Part shown: in pieces, positions 48,164-60,867 of the stretch
How the letters are laid out: the number at the start of each line of letters is the position of its first letter
Numbering within the stretch: the stretch's first letter is position 1
Source of the DNA: Microbotryum violaceum
Lineage: Eukaryota
Reading direction: 5' to 3'
Assembly: GCA_001244265.2 (NCBI GenBank)
Contig: CDLV01000010.1
Span: 434,001-498,000, forward strand
Length of the DNA stretch: 64,000 nucleotides
Notes under the pieces: model-generated
Databases searched by the model: none
What the model saw: only the letters and a program-made list of their open reading frames with translations
Told to the model about the DNA's origin: nothing
Program-made: the position numbers and the translations under genes

Positions 48164-50299
48164 GACTTTTTGAGTTCGGTCTGACTTTTTGAGGTTCTGA
48201 AATGCGACAAGATCGTCGTTGTAAATGCGTGGAAGAGACTTCAGACTGAACCTTGGATCGGTTCAAGCCGTTGCACTCCCCGCATCATTTTCAGGTGACC
48301 TTGGTCACCGAACGTTCCCTCCTGCTGGGTCAGTTCCTCACTGAACAGCAAGAACGACGACATCAATGCAGGCCTCTCCAACCGAAGGCAGATCCGAGGT
48401 GTTGCTACATATACCTCTTGTCAAGGCCCCACAGGGCCGGTGCCGGGGCCCGGTGGAATGGCTGCACACCGACCGCGTGCGACGCCGAGCGTGCTTCTCG
48501 GCCGGGTGGAGGACAACTCATTACACGCAGCATCGAACCCCGGCTGAGCTACTCAAGGCCAAGATGTGTTTGGGCAGCTGAGCCAATCCGAACGGTCTCC
48601 TTTTTGGACCCGAGCCGCAGGATATGATCACCAGTTTGCAGTGGCGTTCGGATTAGCCCAGCTGCCCAAACACATCTTGGCCTTTAAGCAGCTCAGCCGA
48701 TGGGTTCGATGCTGCGTGTAGCTTATAGAATGTCCTCCGACCGGCCGCCGAGAGAGCCTGCTCGTCGTCGCACGCGGCGGGTGGAAGTGACAATATCAAT
48801 CGCCATCTCGACAAGCTGAGGCTTCTAGCCGGGGATCTTGCCGTCGGCAGTCCAGTACTTAAGGAGACACCCGCCCCGCCAGAGGCATCGCTTGGCCGCA
48901 AGAACGGGGAAGAGGAAGATAAGTACCCGAGGAGGGAGTCAAACTTCACTGTAACCCAGCGCCTTAACTGCCAGGCAACTCGTCCTCGTCTTATAGGTTT
49001 CTGCTCCGGGTCGGTCGACAACGATGACAAAGCGCCCCGTGCGGTCCGTGCAAGGCTGCCACGTACGACGGCACGTTCCTGGCCGTTGGAGAAGTGGCAG
49101 TCGACAGACAGATCGAAATGGCTCCGGTTGTCGCCCCCAGGCTCTTTGAAAGTGATGGCACTTCAAATTGTTGGCGCAGCGAGCTTGCCAGCAATCGTTT
49201 ATGGAGCCTCCTCTCAGTCGGAAGTAAGAAATCCGCGCGTCTTTGTCGGTGGCGAATTACTCCTCAACAGTAGGAAGGTCCGACTTTCGGCCAAGACTAC
49301 CTATTATAGTCGTTTGGTGAGGTGTGAGAGAGCGAGTGTGTGACAAACGAAGAAAGAACGGCGGGGGGGGGGGGGGGCGATTGCGAAGTTCTCAAAATGT
49401 CGCAATCGCACCTCCTCTCTTTGTGGCCCGTCGGCAAACCGTACCGCCTCACCCGCGGTCAGCGTTTGGGCCGCGCCATGCGGCAGAAACATGGGGAGTG
49501 GGACTGATGCAATGTGAAATTCGATCACTTCGCTAAAGAGCACGAAACACTTTGGTGAAAACTACGAATTCGAGCCCAAGACGAGTCTGTACCAGACACA
49601 AAAAAACTCTGAGCTATCCAAAGCTATCTAAGGAAACTCCAGGGGGCTTATATATCTATCTTAGATAGATATCTGGCCCTTAAATAAGATGTCATCTTTA
49701 TCTAAGGGGGATGTTGATAGTATCTTTCCATCTAATGAGAAACCCTGCTGAGCATTCTCCATCGCGATCGCTTCGACGCAGGCGAAGCCAAGCAACTTTC
49801 GCTGTTTCGCTGTGCGACAGTGGAACGGCGATCGAGCAGTCTCGACTGGTGCCGAGGACAATAGGGAGAGAAGGTTATCCAATGGGCGCATAATTGGTGC
49901 ATGGCCTTCGGTAGGACTCTGTTCTTCAGGGCCGCTTGAAAGCTCAAATAGGGGCTGGCAAGGTTGTACCGTCTCCTAGTAGGCGCGTGATGCACATCTG
50001 AATCTGGTATGTCCAGACGGGAAAATCTCACCAAAGTTTCGAAAAACTTTCTCAAAGCACTCGGGTGGAAGCTAAAACGCAGGTAATCAGATGGAACCAT
50101 CGCTTGCACTTTGAGCTTGGACCCGTCCTTCTCGCGGGCCAAAATGCCCAAATTGCTGCACGGCAGGCGAGCCTTGGGCGGGAAAGCGACGGCGCGATGG
50201 CTTGCCAACTTGGGGATTTCGCCGTCGGGCCCAGAGCGCGCGGAAGTCGACGCGCAGGCGTGGGCCCAATTTCTCTTCCTTACGCTGCGTACGACAATC

Positions 50300-51994
50300 A
50301 TGTGAGTGATGCGCCGCCTACGACGATGACGACCATCACCGACCCCGACCTACACTCCGCTTGGGCGATCCTGACGACCACGATGAGACGAAGCTTGCCG
50401 TCGGTTGTTGATGTGGTCAGGAGCGAGCGCAGTGTAGGCGTGCGGCGGCTGGGATGGGTCGTCGTTGGCCGTTCTGCGAGACCGGCCATGGGAGGGGAGA
50501 CGATGGCCTGCGTCGAGGCAGGCGCAAAACGCAACTGCTGACCGTCGACTATGCGCCGCGACTCTCCGCGTGCTATGACATTGTGACTCGTACAGGGCAC
50601 GTGGACCCAAGAAGCACTTGAAGCGATTGGCAGCTCCTTCATCATGGATGTTGGACAAGATGGGCGGTGCTCACGGTCAGTTTTACCCTCCGCTTGCGTG
50701 CCGCGCTCGTTGGCTGGCGGGCGTATTTTGGCTCAGGCCGTTCCCGCGCCTCGTCGAGTGCTCGCAGCCAGAGCGGGCGCTGGGCGGGGGCAGCCTCTAA
50801 CCAGGCGGGCGGGCGTACTCTGCCTAACCTACAAGAGCTGACCTTTCTGCTCATTCACCGCGCATTTTGAACAATCGTGCTTCATTCTTTCCTATCCAGC
50901 GCCCCGACCTTCGTGAGTTGGCACACAATTCGGACCCGCTGATTGGCAATATCGCGGACGAGACGCTGACCATCCCTCCGCGTCCTGCAGGCCCGGTCCT
51001 CACAAGCTCCGTGAATGCCTGCCCCTTTCCGTAAGCTATTGCACCTGCTCCATGGGCTCAGCACCGTTTCCTGGCGTCGAAGGGAGGCATGGAATAGGAG
51101 ACGTTGCAGGAGGGTGGTGTGACGCAGTCGGTCGACGGCGGTCAGGAGCTGCATGGCATTGACAGAGCGCAGCAGGACCTTCCTTCCCCACGCTCATCCG
51201 CCTACCCTATGAAGCCTGCGACTGACCCTCGTGTATGCTCTCAACAACGCAGATCTTCCTCCGCAACCGTATGAAGTACGCCCTTACCGGTCGCGAGGTC
51301 ACTCTTATCGTCAAGCAGCGTCTTATCAAGATCGACAACAAGGTCCGCACCGACGAGACCTTCCCCACCGGTTTCCAGGACGTCATCACGATCGATAAGT
51401 CGGGCGAGAACTTCCGCCTCATGTACGACGTCAAGGGCCGGTTCTTGTGCCACGCCATCACCGCCGAGGAGGCCAACTACAAGCTGTGCAAGGTCAAGAA
51501 GATCCAGCTCGGCGCCAAAGGCGTCCCCTTCCTCGTCACCCACGACGGCCGCACGATCCGTTACCCCGACCCGCTTATCAAGGTCAACGACTCGGTTAAG
51601 ATTGACCTGACCGAGAACAAGATTGTTGACTTTGTCAAGTTCGAGACCGGCAACTTGGTCATGGCTACTGGTGGCAGGTAAGTTCTTTTAAGAGGGCGGA
51701 GGGAGTACTGCGCTGTAGTATTCCATCTCGTATGAACGGATCTTTGACCGCGTCCTCTCGTCGTACAGGAACATGGGTCGATGCGGTGTGATTGTCCACC
51801 GGGAGCGACACCTCGGCGGCTTCGACATCGTCCACGTCCGAGACGTGCTCGACCGAGAGTTCGCTACTCGTGTTGGAAACGTCTTTGTTCTTGGCCAGGG
51901 CAGCAAGCCGTGGGTGTCGTTGCCCAAGGGCAAGGGTGTCAAGCTCTCGATCGCGGAGGAGCGTGATCAGAAGCGCAGGGTCGCGGCCAAGTAA
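50300..51994 (+). CDS. RPS4: 40S ribosomal protein S4 (eS4), six exons
   Basis: AT^[83 protein letters not shown]. Exons 50300-50301, 50596-50675, 50900-50912, 50991-51030, 51253-51677, 51769-51994. Confidence 0.96.
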
Positions 51995-52342
51995 GCGGGC
52001 ACGCGAGAAGGGTTGGAGAGAGAACGAGAGCAGAATTGGGGTTTTCTCAAAAGGCCATTCCATCCGATGATGGGTCTCTCGGACTTCCGACTTGGCGCGC
52101 CTCTGCGTCAGGGAGAGGGATTTCGTACGTCACGATGGGTGGCTCGCGGAGGAGCTCGATATGATCTCGTATTCTCAAGCCTTTGAAATACGAGTCTGAT
52201 TGAACTTCTACATCATACACACTTTTTGCCCACACGTGCCGGAGTCTGATAGCCGACCGGGTTCACAACAAGCCTATTGTGCTGGGCTGCGTGCCTTCTG
52301 GGCGGGCGGCCGCACTTGCGGATTGTCGACGCTGTCCCACCT

Positions 52343-55300
52343 ATGACAAAGGTATGCTCATAAGGGTGACGAAATCATTGCAACTTCGGGTCGAGTGTCA
52401 GACAACGCCCTTCGTGTTCACTTCTGGCAGTTGTCTGGCAGTTCTCCGCTGTCCTCCCAGCCCCGCCAGCGCCGAGCGCTTCTACCCTCCCACCACCCAC
52501 CACCCACACCCACCCCACTTGCCGACGACCAAGACGAAGACGACTACCGCGCACGATCGGAGCTCCCTCACCCGTCGGGTGATCCTCAACCGTCAAGCTG
52601 GCGTCGTCGACTCCCCTTCTCCCACTCGAGCTTCCTCCGTTCACACTTCACCCGCTACTGTCGCCCGTCTTCAGTGCCGGTGCGACCGCGAACACTGCGC
52701 TTGGTGCCTCGGGCGCAGTGGCCGTGGCCGTTGGCTCACCCCTCGGCACCCCTGCCCAGCAACGGGGAGCCGGTCCCGCTCGATCGTCCTCGCCTCCGTC
52801 GACACCATCCAGGTTGAGCCAGCTTGTTTCCAATGTCGCGCTCGTCGCATCAGGGGAAGCATCGCCCGCTAGCGTCGTAGGAGGTGCAACCACCGCCTCG
52901 ACCTCGACAGCCTCAGCGACGGGCATCAACCTTGCCAACGTTCGCAGCGTCGACGCGTCCCAGGACCGCATCTACGTCGGAGCGAGCGATGGCAGGGTCA
53001 GGATTTACACACCCAACAGCTCCGATGCGGACATGCTGAGCCTGATCAAGCCCAGTGCGGGTATGTGGACGCCAAGACCGGCTTCGCCTGCGCTCAAGGC
53101 TTCGGGCTCTGGCTCGAGTGGGGGACGATCCAATCCGGCCAGTCCTTCCTTCAGCGAGGTCAGTAAGATGTACATCGTTCGATCTCGATCGATAGGAGAG
53201 CTAATGACAGTCCACGGTTTGTTTTGATTGCGCAAGGGTCCCCAGATCATCGCTCTGGATCTCGTCGACGAGATCTCGGTGACAGCGACACGGAAAGCGG
53301 CAGATCGAGTCGCCATACTCGCCAGGCTCAACATGGCCGTCATACTATCAGGTGCGTACTCCTCGGACTGTAACGTAGCGATCCCTAGCCCGCTGACGGC
53401 CTAGCTCTGCCACTTCAACAGAGGGGATTCTGACGTTCCATGCTCTGCCCTCGCTCGCGCCCCTCTCCGTTCATTCGTTTCCTGCCCTGCGTGGTGTGAC
53501 CACCTTCGCCCTCGACGAGGATGAGCTCTCTGGCGGAGGAGAACCCAACTCGATGCGACTGTGTGCGATCAAAAGGAGGAGCGTGAACGTACTCAGAGTC
53601 ACGTGCGACGGGCTGTCTCAGCTTCGGGTGAGCTGTCGCAGATGTCGGGCTCTGGAGATTGGGAAGAAGTTGCTCAAGTTGCTGATGTGATCCTACGTGC
53701 GCTTCGAAACATCTAGGATCTGCCGTTGCGGGGTGGTGCTGTGCTGTGTGTGCTCCGGAGAGGGCACGTTTGCCTCGCAGACACCGAAAACTATTCCATC
53801 ATCGATCTCGATGCTGCGGTCGCCTTGCCGCTCCTGCCGATATCCCAGGTAAGCCGACGAAGCACGACCCCTTTCGTTTGGGCGCCGCTGAAACTCTCGT
53901 GCATCATGCCCAGGCTCCGAATCTGGATGATCCGCCTGACGTCCCGCCTGGAGGCATCGATCCGCGACAGCGGCCTGCGATTGCTTGCGTCGGAACCAAC
54001 GAGTTTCTTGTGGCGAGCCACACGGCCAACACGACGCTCGGACTGTTCGTTAACGAGAGCGGAGAGCCGTGTCGGGGTACATTAGAATGGGCCAGCAACG
54101 TTCGCAGTCTCGGTAAGTTCATGTCGACTACCCATTTGACTCGGTGCAGTTCGACCTGACGTCCGTGAGCCCGCCACATCAGTTGTCGACCCATCGTACG
54201 CCATCGCTCTCTTGCACAACAACACGGTCGAGATCCACTCTCTTCGAACTCAGGAGATCGCACAGGTCGTACATCTACCCACCTCGTCCTCACCACTCGG
54301 GTTACAACCCCGGTCGTTGGCCTACTCTTGGTCGGGTGTCGATTTAGGAGCGGCGTCGGGCGCGAACAAATACGCACTCGTCTCGACACCACTCCTGCCA
54401 CTGGCTACTCTCGCCTCGCCTCGACCGAGTACGCCGACACGATCCAAGGGTGGCCAAACGTCGATGCCCTCTTCGCCTGCCGCGAATGTAAAGAGCAGAG
54501 GTCGAGGCTCGGTGACTCGGACGTTCATTGTTGGCAAAAACAGTCTCTACGCTTTGACGCCGCTGACCCTCGCCGTGCAAGCGGATGCATTGATGGACAG
54601 AGGGAGAGTGGACGATGCCTTGGCTTTGGCCGACCAATTGGAAAAGGGAAGCAAAGGCGGGCGGATACAGGTAGGCGGACACGAAGAAGCTGTCAAATTA
54701 GGCCACCGCCTGGAGAGCTGACCGGGCGCCAATTGTACCCTCCCAGAACCCCGAGCTAGCCTATGTTTATTTACGGGCCGCTTTCCTCTCCCTCGCGCTT
54801 ACGCACTTTCAGGATGCGTTCAAGCTCTTCCTCCGGGCCGGTAGCGACCCGCGGCTAGTCATTCGTCTCTTCCCCGACCTACGTAGCCCTTTGATGGGTC
54901 CAAGTGATCATCTGTTGGTGTGCCGTGGCGTGTTGAAAGAGGTGCAAGAGGGGAAGAGCGTCGATGAGTATAGTGAGTATTAAGACCCAGGAGCTTGGGG
55001 CCGACCCAGCGCTGATCGTATCGTTTGCCCGACCGACAGTCATGGCCAACCTCGAAAAGAATTACGCGCCGCATCTCAAGCCCGACGTCGAGACGGCACC
55101 ACCAACAATGGAATTGCGAGCGACGCTAACCATGACGGCTCGAGATTGCTTGATTTCGTACCTCCAGACCTGGCGCACGACAAGAAGTGAGGGCTCTCAC
55201 CGCGAGAGGGTTGATGATTCGAGAAAAGTCGACATAACCGTCGATACTACTTTGGGCCGGTTGTACGCTGAAGAAGACCGGAGAGACGATTTGATGGCCC

Positions 55301-56780
55301 TACTGGAGGGCAAGAACGATTGCGTCGTCCAGGAACTGGAAAAGCCGTTGCTTGACAATGGGTCGTACGATACGTGGGCGACGATTTTGCTCCAACGAGG
55401 CGAGACGAGTCGAGCATTGGACGTGTGGACCAAGATCCTCGACGGCACATACGAGGATGCACAATACACTGGAGGGGCGGAGCGGATATTTAACCTTTTG
55501 TGGGAATCTCAGGACAAGAACCTTCTCGACCGCTTTGGAATCCCTTTGATCAAGCACGATCGCCAGCTTGGACTGAGGCTGTTCCTGGACCCCAAGCAAT
55601 CGATCCAGTTCGAGACGAGGCAACTGCTCGAACGAATACAAACGGTCGATCCTGAGGCAGCAGACGTCTATCTCGAAGCCGCGGTGTTGCAGGGCAAGGA
55701 TACCGATGGCCGGTTGCAATTTGACCTGGTAACACGGTACATTGACAGCCTTGGCGAACTGCTGTCCAACGCGTCGATCCTGGTGCATGCTCGCAACCAG
55801 ACCACGGCATATACCTCCGTCGAAGACCGCGCCTCGTTCCTCTCCTTCATCTGCTCGCGCGTCGATCACGAGGCTCCACACGCCGACTTTGATCGGGTGC
55901 GGCTCAAGGCGATCCTTTTCCTCTCAACGTCCAATAACTACGACCTCGCAGCGATCAAGACCAAGCTCGAATCGGGCCCGCGAGCGAGTCTAGTCTTTGA
56001 ACGAGCAATCGTGTATGGACACTTGGGACTCCACCGACAGGCCTTGTTCTTGCTCATTCACTCTCTGGGAGATCTCGTCTCGGCTGACCTGTATGCGCGG
56101 CAAAACGGGGATCTGCTTGATGGGCAAGATGTCAAGAAGACAGTTCAAATCTTGGCTTTGCCTATGCCTCCCTCGTCTTCTTCGTCAGGAACGAGCAAGC
56201 GACGCGGTACAGAAGCGGAAGTGAAGCGCAGGGAACGCGATTTGATGCGCCTCGTCGTAGATTTGTGTTTGACCTCCTCGGAGCAGGGTTCGACGACACC
56301 GATAGAGGCGAGTCGGGTAGCGGCATTGGTGCAAGCTCAGGGCATGCATTTGGATCCTCTATCGGTGCGTTCACCACATTTCTCCTCAATCACGATGCTT
56401 TGACCTTGCTCATCGCTCGTTCTCATCCCATTTAACAGGTCCTAGAGCGACTTCCCTCCGACTGGCCCTTCTCGCTGACGTCGACGTTCTGGGCACGCTC
56501 GTTCCGCCGCTCCTTGGTCGCGCAACACGAAGCGATGTTACTCAAGGCAATCGCCGCGCGCGAGAACAGCGACGTTACCGAACGCGTAGGTAATTTGTAC
56601 CTCTCCCTACCACCGACGGTTCAGACTGAAGGACCGACGGCTTGGGATCGAGGAGGGGATGGCGGGGAGAAAAAGAAGATGGGAGGTCGACCACGAAAGG
56701 ACGAGGAGAAGGTCGTGACGGAGGTCAAGGTTGTGAATGAGGGGTATCGCGTTGACGAGGACGAAGTGGATCTGTCGTAG
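52343..56780 (+). CDS. CNH-domain vacuolar/endosomal tethering protein (Vps39/Vam6/TGFBRAP1/Vps3-like)
   Basis: PPFTLHPLL, RIYVGASDG, VCLADTENYSIIDL..LPLLPISQ, LGLFVNESGEPCRGTLEW, DPRLVIRLFP, VDTTLGRLY, ERAIVYGHLGLHRQAL, LPSDWP. The start is tentative and needs +1 C at 52613-52616. Confidence 0.8.
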
Positions 56781-57177
56781 GATTTGTAGAGACCGATCTT
56801 TGTAATACCCAAGAGCGTCCAGTAGTTATATCTTCGTTGAACTCTGCATGTGATTCGGGAAGGGAAAGCACAAGCCTTGCAGGACAATACAAGCCAGAGA
56901 GACATATAGTATATACGACAAGAGACCAAATATGTGAAAGACAAAGCACGGAAATATGGAAGCAACACACAAAGAGGGAGGATGATATAGACGCAAGCCG
57001 GGGTAAGATCGCAGGATATGTTGGAGGTGGGCGTGTAACTCGACGCAGGAAAAGCGAGCGCGGAGGCGCGTATAGGATGTTTGAAGCAGGATGGAATAAG
57101 GAGATCGTATATATGTATGTCGAGTCATGGGAATGGGAAAAGATGAGGAAAAGTCATAGATGAGATGCTCCTGCAAA

Positions 57178-59311
57178 TCAATTGTGCACCTGAGGCGCAT
57201 GGTTGGTCCTTCCATCCCAGTCCCTCAATTTCTCATTGAGTGATTGCGAACAGTTACTCGGCTCAAGATACGACGTTCGGTTCGAGGCGATGAAGTTATT
57301 GGTCTTGCCGCGCTTGGACTCGTCCAGGGCCTCGAGACTGAGGTCGTTGAGATCAAAGGTCGAGCTGAGGGGGCTCGGAGTCCCGTTCATGTCGAAGGGG
57401 GAGGGCGAACGAGAATGAGCGGGGGCGTCGAGTGAGTTAAGGCAAGAGCTAGGGTGTAGGCGTTGGGCGTCGAGAGCAGCACCGAAGCCGAACGCGGACG
57501 CGGTAGTCGGATCATCCGGTGAGGATGACGACGTCGGTGGCGCAGAGAGGTGATCTGCCCAAGACTGCGACATGCCCAATCGACCGCCGGTGCGACGCTT
57601 GATCGGCGAGTGGCCGGGTCGAACAATCCTCGGTGCCGAGGGAGGGGCGCTACCGAACGCGGGCGCCAGGTTCTGTACGCCAGTAGGGAACGATGTCTCG
57701 AAAGGCGAAGCCAGGCTGAGGGAAGGCGCGTCCTGCAAAGCCAAATGATGGTGCTTGGCTCGCTTTTGCGAAACGGGCGAAGGGTACGCCGCCCCCGCTG
57801 CAGGGCTCATGAATGCGCTGCCGAGTTCCGATCCTCGCTTGGGCGTGACGACCGGACTGGCGTAGGCTCCAAAGGAAAGGTCAAAGATCGAGTTCGAGCT
57901 TGATGACGAAGGTTCCGACCAGAGCATTCCCGAGGTCGAAGCGCCGGGCGAAGGCACGTGGGCGAACTCGGCGTGGTGCAGGCCCGTCGAATCGGATCCG
58001 ATACGTTGCATGCGAGGGGCCTTGATTGGTGATCCGGGAGGCCGAGGACGCATCGGTGCTTTCGGCGGCTGGGTAGGAGAGCCGGCAATCGAAGAGAGGG
58101 ATGCAGTACGGAACGCACGCGGACGTGATGTGTACGAGTTGGTGGCCGAAGCAGAAAGTGGCGGGCCAGCTTGTTCTGCACGACGCAGCTTGGATCCGAG
58201 CCTGGTGGGGAAAAGAAGAGGTCAGCTTTGAAGAACTCGCCAAGTTCGAGGAAATCCCGCTGGAGCTTACCTCGCGACGGCGGCGACATTTCGAGCCTCG
58301 GGCAAGAAGTCCATTGACCCTTGACGAGCCAGGGGCTTGCGACGCGGTGTGTCGTCGAGGTCTTGACGCGGCGTGCTCTCGATCGCCTCGTGTTGTCTCT
58401 CCTTGACTGCGCAGGGTGAGGATGCGTAGAGGGTCAGAATGGGACGTCACGTGGAAGGCGGGAACGAGTGTAAATATGACTCACCCATAGCCAACACCTT
58501 TCTTCGCGTGCTTCGCACTCCATGTCGCCACTTTTGAGGACGCGACTCGTCCTTTGGCGCCACTGTACCGTTGGCCTGGGCCTGCGATAGAGTGCTCGCC
58601 TGGAGCTCGAGCTTGTTCGCTCGCATGACGGCACGCGCGACGAGCGAAGTCAGATTGGAAGGCGGTGGACCCGTCGACGAGAAGGGGGCGTGTTCGACCG
58701 ACTCGATGTACTCCTCGAGAACCTATGCGCCGGGTAAGGGTCAGCACGAATTGTCATTGAGCCCGGGGCGGGTACGCGCAAGCCGAAGTGGGAGCACAGC
58801 CAGTTGTCACGACAAGACAACTCACGCTCTTGATCTTGTTCTGCTCTTCGCTCGTCCACTCGACCGTGTCGTCCTCGTCGCCGACCGAGCTCGCCGCGGA
58901 CGAGACAGAAGAATCTCGGCGCAGCAAAGAAGGTCGTCGCCCGGCGCCGGCGCCAAACAAGGCCAAGCTGGTTCCGGGTGGATGGGTCATGAGGGGTGTA
59001 GTCGGGGGTGTATGGTCGTGCATGGGTGTCGAAGGGGAACCTCTGAGGCCATGAGAAGGGGCCAAGCAAGTCCAAGCTAATGAAGGAGCGGCGGGCGCGG
59101 CGGCCGAGGCGAGGAGAGTGTCGTCATCGTTGATCGACGGATGGCTCGTCGCGTCGCGTGAGGCGAATGAAGACGACGACGACGCCGACGACCCGGACGA
59201 CGAGTGTGATGACGACGGCGTCGAGGCCGAGGAGGTTCGCGTCGCATGGTCGATGGCCATGGCCAATGAGAGTCGGGCAGGCATCTCAATATGCATGTTG
59301 GTCGGTCGCAT
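57178..59311 (-). CDS. Uncharacterised protein with a short helical core in long disordered regions, multi-exon
   Basis: Exons splice in frame through canonical sites: EWTSEEQNKIKS-VLEEY..APFSSTGPPPSNLTSLVARAV..KWRHGVRSTRRKVLAM-VKER..PLARQGSMDFL. Confidence 0.7.
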
Positions 59312-60867
59312 CGTAACGAGCAGTGGCGGGTTCGGGCACTCGGCTGGGCGGTGGGCGGCGCGGACGGGCACGCGGCGAGAAGAGAGCCGCGACTTGGCGG
59401 CGCCGACGACGGAAATCGACGATCCGACGACTTGGAGAGAGAGGGGCTAATTGGGAACGTGAGTCGGGCGCGGTGGAGAAGCAAAGCAGGGTGGTGGTAG
59501 ACTCTCGAAGTATGCACACGTGTTTGGGGTGGTGTGTATGATGGGGTAGGGGGGGGGGGGGAAGGAGGATAACAGCGCAAGTCGGTACGAGGTAGGAGGC
59601 GAACCACGGCTGCGACTTCTCGAAGACGAAAGGCTGCTCGCTAGAGTTCAAGAGAATCGCGTCGCGTCGCGACTAGGAATTCACGCGCTCGGCGGTGCGC
59701 GAAAGTCAGAAAGGGCGATCGGCAGCGAATCGGGATTCACCACTCTGCATCGACTAGCTCGCCCCGACCGAGGCTACCGACGATTGCGCACCAATCAGAA
59801 GGCCTTCCGCCGTTTCGCCGCCGTTTCGGAGACAGTGATCCATGGAAGTCGGGGTTCAGTAGCATATGCGACCATCTTGGAAGCATCGGCGATCAGAACT
59901 CGGCTGCCCTCTCCGGCGCCGCTGGCCTTCAGTCGGCCGACGCTCTGACTCCCGAGAAGTAAGAGCTCCTGAGTAGATGATGATGTTTCGCTTCGGATCG
60001 ACGGGCGATCCTGGCTCCTGTGTACAGGTGACTCCTCTCGATCTGAAACCTCTTCCCTAATCGCTGCACCATCGGGTAACGTGGTGAGCACACAAGGCAA
60101 TTTGCTAATCGGTCAAGCTTTTTGCCCCTGCTGGAAAAGGCGACCTTCTCGATCGATCCGGATCGTGATCATCCACGCAGCAGCGGCTTTTCAACTCCTT
60201 CCCGCAACACTTTCTTGCATGACCCCTCAAGTAAGTCAAAGAGAATATCACCGAATCGAGTGCAAAAAGAGGGGTAACTAGATGAGCGCCAAAAAAGAGT
60301 TCATCGCACCGGGGCCATCACGCCGCATCTTCAAGGCAGCCCTCGACAAAGTCAAGGAAGCGACCACCAGCCAAACGATGCTCTTGTCGATAGAAGAACC
60401 TAAGGCTGAGCGCGCACCGCCTGCCCCGTTAACCGGTCTGGCGGGACTAAAGAAAGTTCATTGGAGGGCCAATGATACGCGTCAAATTCAACCCTGAATC
60501 ACCCTGCCCGCTTGCGCAGACGGGCTTCAAGGAACCTCGAGTTCACGACTAGATCGCTAAAGGCTTTTAATCCCCAATCCAAGGATTAGGATTGGCGAGC
60601 AACGGATAGTGAGTCCCAAATGGATCAATGCGACGTTCCCTGAGGGACGACCATTACAGCCGAAATGCTACGGCGGCTGCCACGTGAAGTAGTAGGACGA
60701 GCGAGACGGTCGAGAGACGCGCTTGTGGTGCAAATTCACTTTTCCTTCCCTTTCTCCTCTTTTACACAGCACGGACGTTCTCTTCGAATATCAAAATATG
60801 TGTCGAGTTGAAATTTTGAACTGCTAGACTGGTACTGCACTCCAAAACCACGGTGTTGAAACTACGT

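Noticed and set aside
48225-48290. GGTTCAAGCC T-loop-like motif
   Set aside because: No cloverleaf or A-box could be built.
59795-60500. Short ORFs 59795-60100 and 60282-60497
   Set aside because: No family features or consistent exon structure.
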